Assembly (NCBI GenBank): GCA_039919035.1
Contig: JBDSGI010000459.1
Coordinates: 1 to 34,632 of the forward strand
Length of the DNA: 34,632 nt
Direction: 5' to 3'
Source of the DNA: Opitutaceae bacterium
GTDB lineage: Bacteria; Verrucomicrobiota; Verrucomicrobiia; Opitutales; Opitutaceae
The notes beneath the pieces were generated by a model, which worked only from the letters and a program-made list of their open reading frames with translations, had not been told where the DNA came from and did no database searches. A program made the position numbers and the translations under genes. Shown here one piece after another: positions 1-9,700 of this stretch (the first letter of the stretch is position 1; the number at the start of each line of letters is the position of its first letter).

Positions 1-137
1 CGGTGGCTGACGGCGTAGCCCCAGTGGAGGTCGGCGACGACGAGCAGCCGGGGGCGGGACAGCCAGAGCGCGCGGCGGTTATCCAGCCAGATTTCAGGCC
101 GGATTTGGGTGGGCGGCGGTGGAGGTCCTTCGGCCAT
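1..137 (-). CDS. pdeM: Metallophosphoesterase / ligase-associated DNA damage response endonuclease (PdeM/MPE-like), 5' part only, runs off the window
   Basis: Manual translation of the minus strand from ATG at 137 gives MAEGPPPPPTQIRPEIWLDNRRALWLSRPRLLVVADLHWGYAVSH. It has the ALW...LLVVADLH-x-G calcineurin-like motif I and lies directly downstream of lhr, as in the known cluster. It is not in the ORF track and overlaps the lhr 3' end by 44 nt. Confidence 0.8.
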   Translation of the reverse strand, partial: MAEGPPPPPTQIRPEIWLDNRRALWLSRPRLLVVADLHWGYAVSH

Positions 138-2664
138 ACATTTCGTGGTAGAGTCGCTCGATCGTCGTTTCGGGGTCCTCAAGCGTCATCGTCTCCCTGA
201 TCTTGCTCACATAAATCCCAAAGGAAAACGGGCTGACGTGATCCAGCTCCCGCAAATCCCAGGGCAGCGTCGCCACCTGTTCGAGGAAGGTGATGGCGCG
301 CGGCAGGTCGAGGAAGCGCAGAGTGACGTCGGCATAAGCCTCGCCTAAGAGCGGATGGCTGGGTTCATAGCGGCGCAGCACGTCGAAGAGGATCTCGGCG
401 CTGAACTGCAGCGCGCGCGCGCCGCGCTCGGCGCCGTGGACGCGGCGGGGAACCATCAGGCCGGTCTGGGCCACGCCGCGGAACATCCATTTGACGAGGG
501 AGGACTCGGCCAGGGCGGTGCGCATGGCGGCTTCCGCGCCCTCGCGCCGGAACAGCGGTTGCCATTCGGCGACGCTCATTTCCTGAAACGAACGCAGCGT
601 GAGGAGGAAACCGTAGTCGTCGATCGTGACGAGCGCGTTGCCGCCCTTGGTTTCCTGGATGCGCTGCGCGATGATGCGGGACAGGGCATCGTTGGCGGAG
701 CGGCCGATTAGCGAATGGAAAAAATAATGGACGCGGTCGCTCTCCGGCTCCCGGTAGCGCTCCACGAGAAAAGAATCGGCGGTGGGAATGGCGGAGATTT
801 CCGCCTGCAGCGCAAAGTGACGGCCGAGGGCATCGGCGTTGCCCTTCGACAGGTGATATTCGCGCTGCAACCAGGCCACGCCGCCCGCCACATCGAGTCC
901 GGCCATGGCGGTGCGCAATCGGACTACCTCGGCGGCGAGGCCGGAGGCGAGGGGCATTTTGTTCGCATACCAGCGGGGGATCGTGGGCATGGTGTTGTCC
1001 GCGCGCTTCACTTTGGCGGTCAGCAGGTGAGTGCTGACCAGGCGGAAGACGCGGCCGTTAAGCACAAAAACGTCCCCAAGCCGTAACCGGTTGATGAACG
1101 ATTCCTCCACCTGGCCGAGCCGGCTCCGACCGAGCAGCACCTGGACCATGCTTTCCGTCGTGATGGTGCCGATGTTTTGGTAAAGGCTGCGCGCTGCTTT
1201 CGGCGAGGTCAGGACGAGGTGACCGGCGTCATCGACGCGGACTTTGCCGAAGACATCGCGATACTGCCGCTCCAGTGAAATACCTCCGCCCTCGAGGTAA
1301 CGGATGACCCGATCGAAGTCCTCGCGGGGCAGGGCACGGAAAGGATAACTCCGGCACACGAGCGTCCATGCTTCATCGGGTGTCACGCTGCCGTAGATCG
1401 CCAGGCCGACGAGGGTTTGGGCCAGCACATCGAGCGGGTTGTCATGGGGCCGGACGGGTTCGAGCGTGCGGTGTTCCATCAAGTGCGCGGTCGCGGCGCA
1501 CTCGGCGAGGTCGTTGATGTTGGACGCCACGAGCAAGCCGTGGCTCATCGCGCCCATCGAGTGGCCGGAGCGGCCCATGCGCTGGAGCGCGCGGGCGACG
1601 CCCTTGGGCGCTGAGACCATGACGACGAGGTCGATCGAGCCGATATCGATGCCCATTTCGAGCGAGGTCGAGCAGACAACCGCGCGCAATTCACCGCGCC
1701 GCAGACGGTCCTCTACGGCCAGCCGCACGCCGCGGTCGAGAGAGGCGTGGTGCACCTCGATCAAGTCGACGAGGTGGGGCAGCTCCTGTTTGAGTCGCAG
1801 GCCGATAGTCTCGGCGCCGCTGCGGGTGTTGGTGAAGATGAGCGTGGTGCGTTTTCCCTGCAGCAGTGTGCCCAATTCCCGCAGCACGCGGGTGGCGGTG
1901 TAGCCAGCGGGTGGGTAGGCGTTTTCGCGGAGCGGGGAAAAGACTTCGATCCGCGCGGCCTTGCGCTCATTCACCTCTGCGATCCAGCAGTCGCGGCTCG
2001 GGCCGACCAGAAATTCCGCCATCGTGGTGAGGGGGGCGACCGTCGCCGAGAGGCCGATGCGGACCATCGGTTGGGCGCAGATTTCCTCGAGTCGTTCCGC
2101 GGAAACCATCAGCAGGGCGCCTCTTTTGTTCTCCGCGAGGGCGTGGAGTTCGTCCGCGATGAGGAAACGGGTATGGCGCAGCGTGGCGATCCAACCGGGC
2201 TGGCTGAGCAGGAGCGTCAGGCTCTCCGGCGTGGTCACAAGGATGTGGGGCGGCTTGCGCTTCTGGGCCGCACGGTCCTTCGGCGTTGTGTCACCAGTGC
2301 GCGCGCCGACCTTTAGCCAGTCCCAACCGAGCTCGGCCAGCGGTTCCTGCAGGTTCTTCTGCAGATCGTAGGCGAGCGCGCGAAGCGGTGAGACGTAGAT
2401 GGCGACGATGCCGGCAGGGAGCTCCTTGCGCGCGTGAGCTTTGGCCAGCCAGTCGAAAATCCCGAAGAACGCGGCGAGGGTTTTGCCACTGCCGGTGGGG
2501 GAGGACAGCAACGTGGAATGACCGGCGAGTATTTCCGGCACGGTGACGCGCTGGGCGGCAGCGAAAGCACCAAACCGCCGTTCGACCCACGCGGTGAGTT
2601 CCGGGTGAAGCGAGGCTTTCAGCGCGGTCCCCCCGAGGCGGGATTCATGAACGTGATGAAACAT
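94..2664 (-). CDS. lhr: Lhr-core family DEAD/DEAH-box (SF2) helicase, about 856 aa
   Basis: Motifs PTGSGKT (Walker A), SPLRAL, TTPESL, DELH, SAT, HHASL, STSLEMGIDIG and QRMGRSGH, followed by an Lhr-type winged-helix/C-terminal region. The start is moved from 2817 to the ATG at 2664 because the upstream part overlaps the ligase gene; the exact start is uncertain. Confidence 0.9.
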   Translation of the reverse strand: MFHHVHESRLGGTALKASLHPELTAWVERRFGAFAAAQRVTVPEILAGHSTLLSSPTGSGKTLAAFFGIFDWLAKAHARKELPAGIVAIYVSPLRALAYDLQKNLQEPLAELGWDWLKVGARTGDTTPKDRAAQKRKPPHILVTTPESLTLLLSQPGWIATLRHTRFLIADELHALAENKRGALLMVSAERLEEICAQPMVRIGLSATVAPLTTMAEFLVGPSRDCWIAEVNERKAARIEVFSPLRENAYPPAGYTATRVLRELGTLLQGKRTTLIFTNTRSGAETIGLRLKQELPHLVDLIEVHHASLDRGVRLAVEDRLRRGELRAVVCSTSLEMGIDIGSIDLVVMVSAPKGVARALQRMGRSGHSMGAMSHGLLVASNINDLAECAATAHLMEHRTLEPVRPHDNPLDVLAQTLVGLAIYGSVTPDEAWTLVCRSYPFRALPREDFDRVIRYLEGGGISLERQYRDVFGKVRVDDAGHLVLTSPKAARSLYQNIGTITTESMVQVLLGRSRLGQVEESFINRLRLGDVFVLNGRVFRLVSTHLLTAKVKRADNTMPTIPRWYANKMPLASGLAAEVVRLRTAMAGLDVAGGVAWLQREYHLSKGNADALGRHFALQAEISAIPTADSFLVERYREPESDRVHYFFHSLIGRSANDALSRIIAQRIQETKGGNALVTIDDYGFLLTLRSFQEMSVAEWQPLFRREGAEAAMRTALAESSLVKWMFRGVAQTGLMVPRRVHGAERGARALQFSAEILFDVLRRYEPSHPLLGEAYADVTLRFLDLPRAITFLEQVATLPWDLRELDHVSPFSFGIYVSKIRETMTLEDPETTIERLYHEMYGRRTSTAAHPNPA

Positions 2665-5350
2665 CGGCGAAGGCGTGGTGCCCGGCGAGGCGCCGGCAGG
2701 TTTCGAGCGTGTCGATTTCCGCCGGGGCCTTGTCCCTGCGGATTCGGTTGATGCGCGGGAAGCGTAGGGCGAAACCGCTTTCGTGGCGGTCGCTGCGCTG
2801 GATCGAATCAAACGCAACTTCGATCACCACGTCGGGCACGACGGTGCGGCGGCGGCCTTTTTCCTCCAGCGTGTGGGCGATGAAATGCGTCGTAAGGTCC
2901 GCAATCTCGACGTCAGTAAGGCCGGAGTAGGCCTTGCCGACGGTCAGCAGCCGATCGTGCTCGGCATCTCGGATCGCGAACGTGTAATCGCTGAGCACGT
3001 CGCGTCGTTTGCCGTGACCGAGTTCCACCGCGACCACCACGACGTCCAGCGTGGCGTAAGCTTTCTTGAGTTTGAGCCAGGCGAGTCCGCGGCGTCCCGG
3101 GGTGTAGGGACTGGCGGGATCCTTGGCCATCAGGCCTTCGTTGCCCCGGTGACGCGCGGCCAGAAACGCGGCCTCGATTTCCAGCGCGGTGGACGCCTGC
3201 TGGACGGGCGCGAGCGTGAAGGCCGAGGGGGCAGAGGCCAAAACTTCGGCCAGTTGCGTCCGTCGCGTGGACAGCGGTTCCTTCACCAGCACGTGCCCGT
3301 TGCGCCACAACAGGTCGTAGAAGGAAATGGAGACGGGGATTTCCCCGCCGAGGAAAAAATCGTCGCCTTTGCGTCCGAGCCGTTTCTGCAGCTCGGCAAA
3401 AGGGAGAGCCCGTCCGTCGCGCCACGCGAGCAGTTCGCCGTCGCCGATGATATCATCCGTCAGCGTCGCGGCGGCGCGGACGAGGTCGGGAAACTGAGTG
3501 GTGATGCGGTGTAGATCGCGCGAGTAAAGTTCGACGCGCTCCCCGCGTTTGTGGAGCTGGCAGCGGATCCCGTCGTATTTTTCCTCCAGCCAGACTGGTG
3601 GAGCCAGTTTTTCGAGGATGGCGGCCGCGGTGGGCTCGGGACTGGCGAGCATAAATTGCAGCGGGTTGAACACCTGCAGTTTGATCGTGTGGAGTTGGCC
3701 GAGTCGGGCTGCGCGGGCGACGGCGGCGATATCGCCGGAGAGCATACTGGCCTCCCGAACCTCCGCCAAGGTGTGGCCCGCGGCGAGGGCGATGGCTTCC
3801 TCGACGAGGCTGTCCTTCAAGCCAATCCGGAGGTCGCCCGTGATAATCTTGATGAGGTATTTCGCCTCGTCGGGACTGCAGCGCCGCAAGGTGCAGCTGA
3901 CAATTTCCAGTTTGGCGGCGGGACCCCGGGCGGCAGCGGCCCGGTCAAACGTCGCGGCGATCTCAGCGAGCGGGTTCGATTGCGGCTGGGTCCGGCCCTC
4001 AAGCACAGCGGCGGCGGTCTCGCCACTGTCGGCGAAACGCCGGTAGGCGACACGCAATTCGGCGTCGGTGACGCCGGCGACGTCGAGCACCGCGCGTTTC
4101 AAGATGGCCCAGCCAAGGTTGAGGGTGCGATCCTCAGCTTGGGGGAACGCCCGGCCGGTGAAAAAGAGCGCGGCCCGAGCGCCGTCGTCGAGGGACAAGC
4201 CGCCAAAATACGCGGCAAGCGCCGCGACCTTATCCTTTTTGCTCGCGGTCGCCTTGACCTGCCCGGCGGTAGCGGCGAAGCGGGCGAAGGAACCGGGATC
4301 AGAATCGGCCGGAGTGGGTGCGGGATCCGTGACGCTTGGGAAGCGGGAGGAAACGGAGATGGTGGCCGCGAGGCCCAGATCGAGCTGGTTGGCCTCGCCG
4401 ATCGCCCAAGCGTCGATGCCACGATCGCGGAGCGTCCGGGCAAATTCGGCGGCGAAGCCGTGCAGCGTGAAAACCTGCCTAGGCTGCACAAGTTGGACAT
4501 AGCGCAGGAGGTCGGAAAAATCCGCGTGATCAGACAGGGGAAACGCGGCGTCGCACTGGTAACGGTAGACGGCGCTGGCATCGAGGGCCCAGCCCGTGAT
4601 GACCGCGGTGCGCCGCTGGGGAATTTTTTTCAGGAAGGCCGAGCCAGGCTGCTGGGGCGGGCAGATCACGACGTGGCCGGCGATTTCCGCGGGGGAGAAA
4701 TCCCGATAAGGCGGAAAACTCAGGCCCAATTCCTCGTAGACTTTCGTTAGCCGAAAGGTGGCGGGATGGAGCATCACGGGTAGCCGGGCGGAGGCCAGGC
4801 TGCTGAGAAGTTCCTGGCTCTTGCCCAGACTGTAGCCGAACAGCACGGGGGTTTCGTCGTCGGAGAGCGCTGCAACGCAGAAAGCCTGGATATCGGCGAG
4901 CACCTGCGCCGTGGGAGGGAAAACATACTGCGGCTTGCCGAAGGTGGTTTCCATTATGACCACGTCGGCGTGCGGCGTAGCGCATGTCTCCGCGGAAAGC
5001 CCGTGACGCAGCTTGAAATCCCCCGTGTAGAGGAGGGTGCCGTGTTGCGCGTGGTTGAATAGGGATTGGGCGGACCCAAAAATATGGCCGGCGGGATAAA
5101 GCGTCACGACGCAGTCCGCGGCGAGGGATTCAGTCTGGCCGAAAGGAAACACGTGCTCAATCCGTTCCCTTGGCATCCGCGCCCGCATGAGCCGGGCGGT
5201 TCCTTTTGAACACAGGATCTCCCGATGTTCAGCCAAGTGGTCGAAGTGGGCGTGGGACACGAATGACCGCTCCACAGGCACGCGAGCGTCGAGCCACCAA
5301 CCGATTTGTGGCAGCCAAACTCCCTGATCAAATTTCAAGTCCCAGGCCAT
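2645..5350 (-). CDS. Fusion of metallo-beta-lactamase/beta-CASP exonuclease and ATP-dependent DNA ligase (901 aa)
   Basis: The N-terminal ~325 aa carry SHAHFDH, AGHIFGS, TGDF, ETTFG, SDHAD and LHG (MBL/beta-CASP). A Pro/Ser linker follows, then the ligase DNA-binding domain, EKYDG adenylation motif, DGEL, FYDLL, EGLMAK, WLKLK and an OB-fold with ALRFPR. Confidence 0.93.
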   Translation of the reverse strand: MAWDLKFDQGVWLPQIGWWLDARVPVERSFVSHAHFDHLAEHREILCSKGTARLMRARMPRERIEHVFPFGQTESLAADCVVTLYPAGHIFGSAQSLFNHAQHGTLLYTGDFKLRHGLSAETCATPHADVVIMETTFGKPQYVFPPTAQVLADIQAFCVAALSDDETPVLFGYSLGKSQELLSSLASARLPVMLHPATFRLTKVYEELGLSFPPYRDFSPAEIAGHVVICPPQQPGSAFLKKIPQRRTAVITGWALDASAVYRYQCDAAFPLSDHADFSDLLRYVQLVQPRQVFTLHGFAAEFARTLRDRGIDAWAIGEANQLDLGLAATISVSSRFPSVTDPAPTPADSDPGSFARFAATAGQVKATASKKDKVAALAAYFGGLSLDDGARAALFFTGRAFPQAEDRTLNLGWAILKRAVLDVAGVTDAELRVAYRRFADSGETAAAVLEGRTQPQSNPLAEIAATFDRAAAARGPAAKLEIVSCTLRRCSPDEAKYLIKIITGDLRIGLKDSLVEEAIALAAGHTLAEVREASMLSGDIAAVARAARLGQLHTIKLQVFNPLQFMLASPEPTAAAILEKLAPPVWLEEKYDGIRCQLHKRGERVELYSRDLHRITTQFPDLVRAAATLTDDIIGDGELLAWRDGRALPFAELQKRLGRKGDDFFLGGEIPVSISFYDLLWRNGHVLVKEPLSTRRTQLAEVLASAPSAFTLAPVQQASTALEIEAAFLAARHRGNEGLMAKDPASPYTPGRRGLAWLKLKKAYATLDVVVVAVELGHGKRRDVLSDYTFAIRDAEHDRLLTVGKAYSGLTDVEIADLTTHFIAHTLEEKGRRRTVVPDVVIEVAFDSIQRSDRHESGFALRFPRINRIRRDKAPAEIDTLETCRRLAGHHAFADVSSRS

Positions 5351-5818
5351 GGAAGGGAACGGTGATCAGTCGGCCGCGAGACGCCAATGGGGGGAGGGAT
5401 TTCCTCATGAGATTATACCGGCAGAGTCCGGCGCTGCGCCGATTGGTTCCTCAGCAGGGACGGGATCATGCCTCACGGTCTTACTTCCTAGCCAGCGGCA
5501 AAAACGAAATTTTCCGCCAGATCACCACAGCCCTGAGCAGCAGGAAAATCTAAGCCTGCGGTGGCGGCGTGTCTGTCACGTCACCTTGTTAGTTCGGCCA
5601 GCCCGCCTAGTTGGCTTGCTCATTTGGTGGGCGTAGGCGCTGTCGCTCGCGATAGATAGTTAAACTTACCCGAGCACTATTTTTAGCGTTAGGGTAAACG
5701 GCAAAGTTGTTTTCCTGACGAATTAAACCTGCGGGCTTCGTAACCTCGGGCTCGCCGCGCTGTCGAAGATCCCGACCAGCACAACCTCACCATAAACTGT
5801 TAATATAACTATATTCCC

Positions 5819-6448
5819 ATGAAACTCCCTGTTCGATTTCTTCTGGCGGCGCTTGCTGCTTCACCGCTTGTTTTTTCCCAAGTTGTCACTTCGCCATCAT
5901 CTTACGGGACTTTTACCGCCCCTACAGCCGGCACTCGCGAATTTACCCTTGGAGCTTCAGGCGCAACTGACCGACGCATAAGTGGCAGCAATGGCGGCGC
6001 GAGCGGTTCCTTCGGTTGGTATTTTGATGCCGAAAACGAAATTGTTTTGCGCCAATCTGTGAATTTTTCCACGGGGGGCGAGACGTTGACGACGACAACG
6101 CCTACGGCGGGTGGAGCTGTTGGCACGGGCATAGGGGTAGTGACAACCACCCGGTCGAGCCGCCGGGAGTGGAGTGCCGCGACTCGCTTGGCTTTCGATC
6201 ATCATTTCGCAACTCACGGAATATTCCGCCCGTTTTTGGGCGCCAATTTTGGCGCGGTTTACGGGCGCAGTGTGAGAGATACGTTGGCTGCCGGCCTAGA
6301 GGCGGGGGGGAAGTTTTATGTGCAGCCCCGCACGTTTATTCTCACGATGGTAGAATATGGCTGGTTCTTTAATCGCGCCCGTAACATCGACAACCGCTTC
6401 CGCGATGGGCAATTTACCTGGTCTGCGGGCGTCGGCTTTAACTTCTGA
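5819..6448 (+). CDS. Small outer-membrane beta-barrel protein
   Basis: Sec signal peptide (MKLPVRFLLAALAASPLVFS), alternating amphipathic strands (RPFLGANFGAVY, GLEAGGKFY) and C-terminal WSAGVGFNF ending in Phe (BAM-type signal). Confidence 0.8.
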   Translation: MKLPVRFLLAALAASPLVFSQVVTSPSSYGTFTAPTAGTREFTLGASGATDRRISGSNGGASGSFGWYFDAENEIVLRQSVNFSTGGETLTTTTPTAGGAVGTGIGVVTTTRSSRREWSAATRLAFDHHFATHGIFRPFLGANFGAVYGRSVRDTLAAGLEAGGKFYVQPRTFILTMVEYGWFFNRARNIDNRFRDGQFTWSAGVGFNF

Positions 6449-6659
6449 CCCGTTTCTCGTTCGCGTTCTCGAGTGCCGGGATGAAATCGAACATGACGAT
6501 GAGGGCGGAAAGAATGGTCGGTCCGCTGTGACCGAACGTTGGGCCACTGAGTGTGAAGAGCAGCACAAGTGCACCGACCATTATGCCGCCGACGAGTAGA
6601 GAAATCAGGAGGTCCTTTTTCCACGGCGTCAACGTCAGGCGTTGGTTGAATCCGGTCAT
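6438..6659 (-). CDS. Possible small membrane protein (73 aa)
   Basis: Two hydrophobic segments (LLISLLVGGIMVGALVLLFTL and TILSALIVMFDFI). Its ATG forms an ATGA overlap with the TGA carried in the 42-bp repeat copy. No family recognised. Confidence 0.45.
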   Translation of the reverse strand: MTGFNQRLTLTPWKKDLLISLLVGGIMVGALVLLFTLSGPTFGHSGPTILSALIVMFDFIPALENANEKRVRS

Positions 6660-6694
6660 TCGGACGTCGAAGGCTGATCGATCGCCACGTCCTC
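6653..6694. repeat. 42-bp imperfect direct repeat, copy A (partner at 23291-23332)
   Basis: cggtcattcggacgtcgaaggctgatcgatcgccacgtcctc versus cggtcatcctgacgttgaaggctgatcgatcggcaccccctc: 36/42 identical with no gaps, and a 16-nt perfect core gaaggctgatcgatcg. Confidence 0.85.
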
Positions 6695-6719
6695 GTTTCC
6701 CGTTACCGAAACGAGGCGT
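6687..6719 (-). terminator. Stem-loop downstream of the minus-strand TonB-dependent receptor (possible terminator or stabiliser)
   Basis: Inverted repeat cctcgtttc...gaaacgagg (9-bp stem, extendable with a bulge), about 55 nt after the stop at 6774. There is no clear U-tract. Confidence 0.4.
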
Positions 6720-6773
6720 CGGCTTCCGGCTCCCGGACGAATCACCACAGGCAGGCGCGGTGAGGCTAGCGAG

Positions 6774-9700
6774 TTAGAAGCTGACCGTCGTCGATAACAC
6801 GAATTTCCGCGGATCCGGGTTCACGAAGCTGGTCAGAATTTGCTGGCGCGAGTTGCCGGCGAAGAGCTGGTTCGTCGTAAGCGTGGTGTAGGCGGAGGCG
6901 AAATTGCCCACCGGACCGCTGCGGCCCCAGATGGGCTCGAGGTGGTTCAGCACGTTGGTGACGTTGAGTTGAAACCGGGTCTGGTATTTCCCGATGCGAG
7001 TGGTGTAGTTGGCCCCGGCCACGAGGGAGTTTCTCCATGCCGGCGGCGTCCAGAGGTAATCGAAGGCCGCCTGCGTATTTTGGAGCACCGTCGGGTTTGG
7101 GGCGCTATCCGGGATGCCGAATTTGAGGCGGGCGTCCCGGCTTCCGTTCTTACCGTGACCGCGATACTGCACGCCCGTGTTGAGGCGAAGGCCCTTCAGC
7201 ATCCCTTCCCGGAAACTGTAGGCTCCGGCGAGATTCACGCGGTGGCGCACTTGATTGTTTTCCAGCGTGCCCGTGGTCAGTCCATTGAGGCTGTTGTCGA
7301 TGTTGTTCAGTGCCGTTTGAATCAGTGTCGGATCGAGGATCGTTTTGCCATTGATGACGGCGCCCTGCGCGGCCTTGGCGCCGGCTTCCCACTCGGCGCG
7401 GTGGGCGGCGACATACGCCTTCCGATCCTCGCTTTCCGTGATGATATACGAGACCGGATGCGAATAGTTGAGGTTGAGGGTAATATTGCGGGTCGGATTG
7501 GCGGTGAGCTCTACCTCCCAGCCTTCTAGTCGCCGGGAGTTGGGATCCGAATAAGCGAACCCCACCCCCGCGGTGGTCGTTGTCAGCGCCGGATCGGTGT
7601 AGCCCAAATTGGTCCAGATGTTCGCGATATCGCCCGCACTGCCGAAGGCGGCGGGATTGTCGCGTTGTGTCGTCTGATAACGGGAAACGGTGAGGTAGGC
7701 TTTGCCGCCGGGGATCGAGTAACGCAGGCCTAAATCCCGCGTTTCGGAATGGGTCAGAGGCGGGAGCGTTCCGTCGAGGAGCGGGTTTTGCACACCCGAG
7801 GATGGCGGCTGGTTGTTTTCCGCGTAGTTGAAGACAAAGCCGAGGGGAGACAGGAATTTTTTGGCGAATCCCAGGCGCTCCGTCTGGAAAGGGTAGGCGA
7901 CAATACCATAAGCGATCGAGCTGGCCGTTTCTTTCCGTTGAAAAGGGTTACCGGCCGTGGTGAAGCCGAGCAGGTTCTTGAAATCGGGCGCACCCGTGGA
8001 GCCAGGAAGTCCGGCGGCCAGGCGGGGGAGATTTTTGACCTCCACCTTGTCACGACTGTAGCTGACGGTGAGGGCGAGCTTCTCGTTGAAGAAGGCGCTT
8101 TGCGAGGTCAGGGCCGCACGTTGGACCGCGCGGTCTGTGATGTTGCCAACGGTGTCGGTGTAAGCCCAACGGCCGGGAACTTTGCCGTTGGGGTTGCTCA
8201 AGACCGGTCCGAGGTCCGGACGAGGATCGCCCCAATAGACCCGGTAAAAAAACCGGTTCGCATTGTTGAAGGGATCGGACATCGCGGGATTGTCGGTCCG
8301 CCGCCACGCACTGGTGCGGTTTTCAGATTGGGTTTCGCGGTCGCTCAGATTGAGGCTCATCTGTTGTTTGTAGTCCCACCACTTCGGCACAAAGAAGCGG
8401 TAGGTGGCCAGGCCGTAGAACTCACGGATGGCGTCCTGACTGTAGATGTTGTTCTGCTCGACGTCGCTGAACGTCCGGAGAAACCGGGGGTTTGGCGCTC
8501 CATTGGGTAACAGCCGGTTCACGTCGATGATTGAGGCGTTGGGGCTGGGGTTGGACCAGATAGTGTTGTTGTCGAAATCGTTTTTCACGTAGCCGACTCG
8601 AACAAACAGGTTGCCGACGCGGTGCTCTACGTTGAGCGAGGTCGTGCTCGCATCGCGGTCGGCCACGTTGTCCTTCGGCGCCGCGCTGAAATGCTTGTCG
8701 ATACCCGGGATCGCCGCCCGCCTTGCGGGCACCGCCAAGAGGTATCTGTTACCGACATAGGGAATGCGGATGGCGGCGCCGTTGATGCCGCGGGTCCGGT
8801 ATTGGTTGCCGCCGTAATCCTGCATGTCGCCCGTCGCGAAATTCCACACGAACATCGTCGGCGCGCTGCCGTTTGCGCCCACCGTCATCCGCTCGAGGCC
8901 CGCGTTGTTGAGGTTGGTGTTGTTATTGGCCAGCAGGGCCGAGTTGTCGTTGTTGACCGTGACACTATCCCACTGGCTCTGGGCGTCGCCGTTGGTGATC
9001 GACCAGAGATTGTTCCATTCGCTCACCCGCTCAAACTCCGCAATCACGTGCGTATTCCTCCCCAGCTTCGTCACGGCGTTGAGCGTCCAGGCGTTTTTGA
9101 TCTTGGGCGTCCCGTCTTGAAAGCCCGGAGCATTCTGATTCAGCGCATTGAAGCGCAGTCCGAAACGATCCCAACCCTTGCTGTAGTCCAGCGTGGCGCG
9201 GTGGCCGCCAAACGTGTCGCCTTGAAGGGAGAAGCCGGCGGTGGCGCTGTTGAAGCGCGCCCGTTTGCTCGTGCTGCCTTGGCGTCCACCGGGACCGCCG
9301 TCGCCGAACATCGACGTATCGGGGCCGCGCTGAAACTCATAGCGCTCCGTGTTGTAACTGTCAGCCGCACCGAAGTTGATCGAGCCGTTGCGCGTCGGGA
9401 AGTTGTCGGTGGACGGCGCGCCGCGGACGATGTTTTGATACACGCTGATCGACGAGGGATCGGAATTCGGCACCGAGGTGCCCAGGTCGAAGCCCATCGT
9501 CCAACTGCCGGCTTCGTTCATGTTGGTGATATTGAAGTCGTCCATGAACTCTTTCGTCATGACCGAAATCGATCCGGGGGTGATTGCGAGCGGAGTGTCG
9601 ACGCGGCCGCCGGAGAGCGTGTTGCCCGCCGCGTAGCCCACATCTTTGTCTGTGCTCACTTCAAATGGCGTCAGCAGGATGGCGCCCGCCGCCTTCGCGT

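Noticed and set aside
2629-2648. Alternative ATGA-coupled lhr start at 2648 that would need one extra G in the G6 tract (frameshift or phase variation)
   Set aside because: An in-frame ATG exists at 2664 and G6 is short for a contingency tract. It cannot be supported without reads or orthologs.
2665-2817. N-terminal extension of the helicase ORF
   Set aside because: It overlaps the ligase OB-fold coding region in another frame and has no helicase-like sequence.
3551-4750. Long antisense ORFs (also 8622-9971, 19189-20538, 20343-21296, 22135-23241, 24682-26193, 26948-28216)
   Set aside because: These are shadow ORFs opposite well-supported genes, expected from GC-rich codon usage, with no motifs. 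The similarity of 19189-20538 and 20343-21296 only reflects the tandem duplication.
94-5350. Anti-phage defence system interpretation of the helicase plus nuclease genes
   Set aside because: The gene set matches the ligase-associated DNA repair cluster, and there are no other defence-island markers in the window.
5351-5818. LexA box, sigma54 promoter or small ORFs in the divergent intergenic region
   Set aside because: There is no convincing motif, only a 6-bp inverted repeat (ttaccc/gggtaa) compatible with chance. The ORFs 5349-5636 and 5206-5553 have no coding features.
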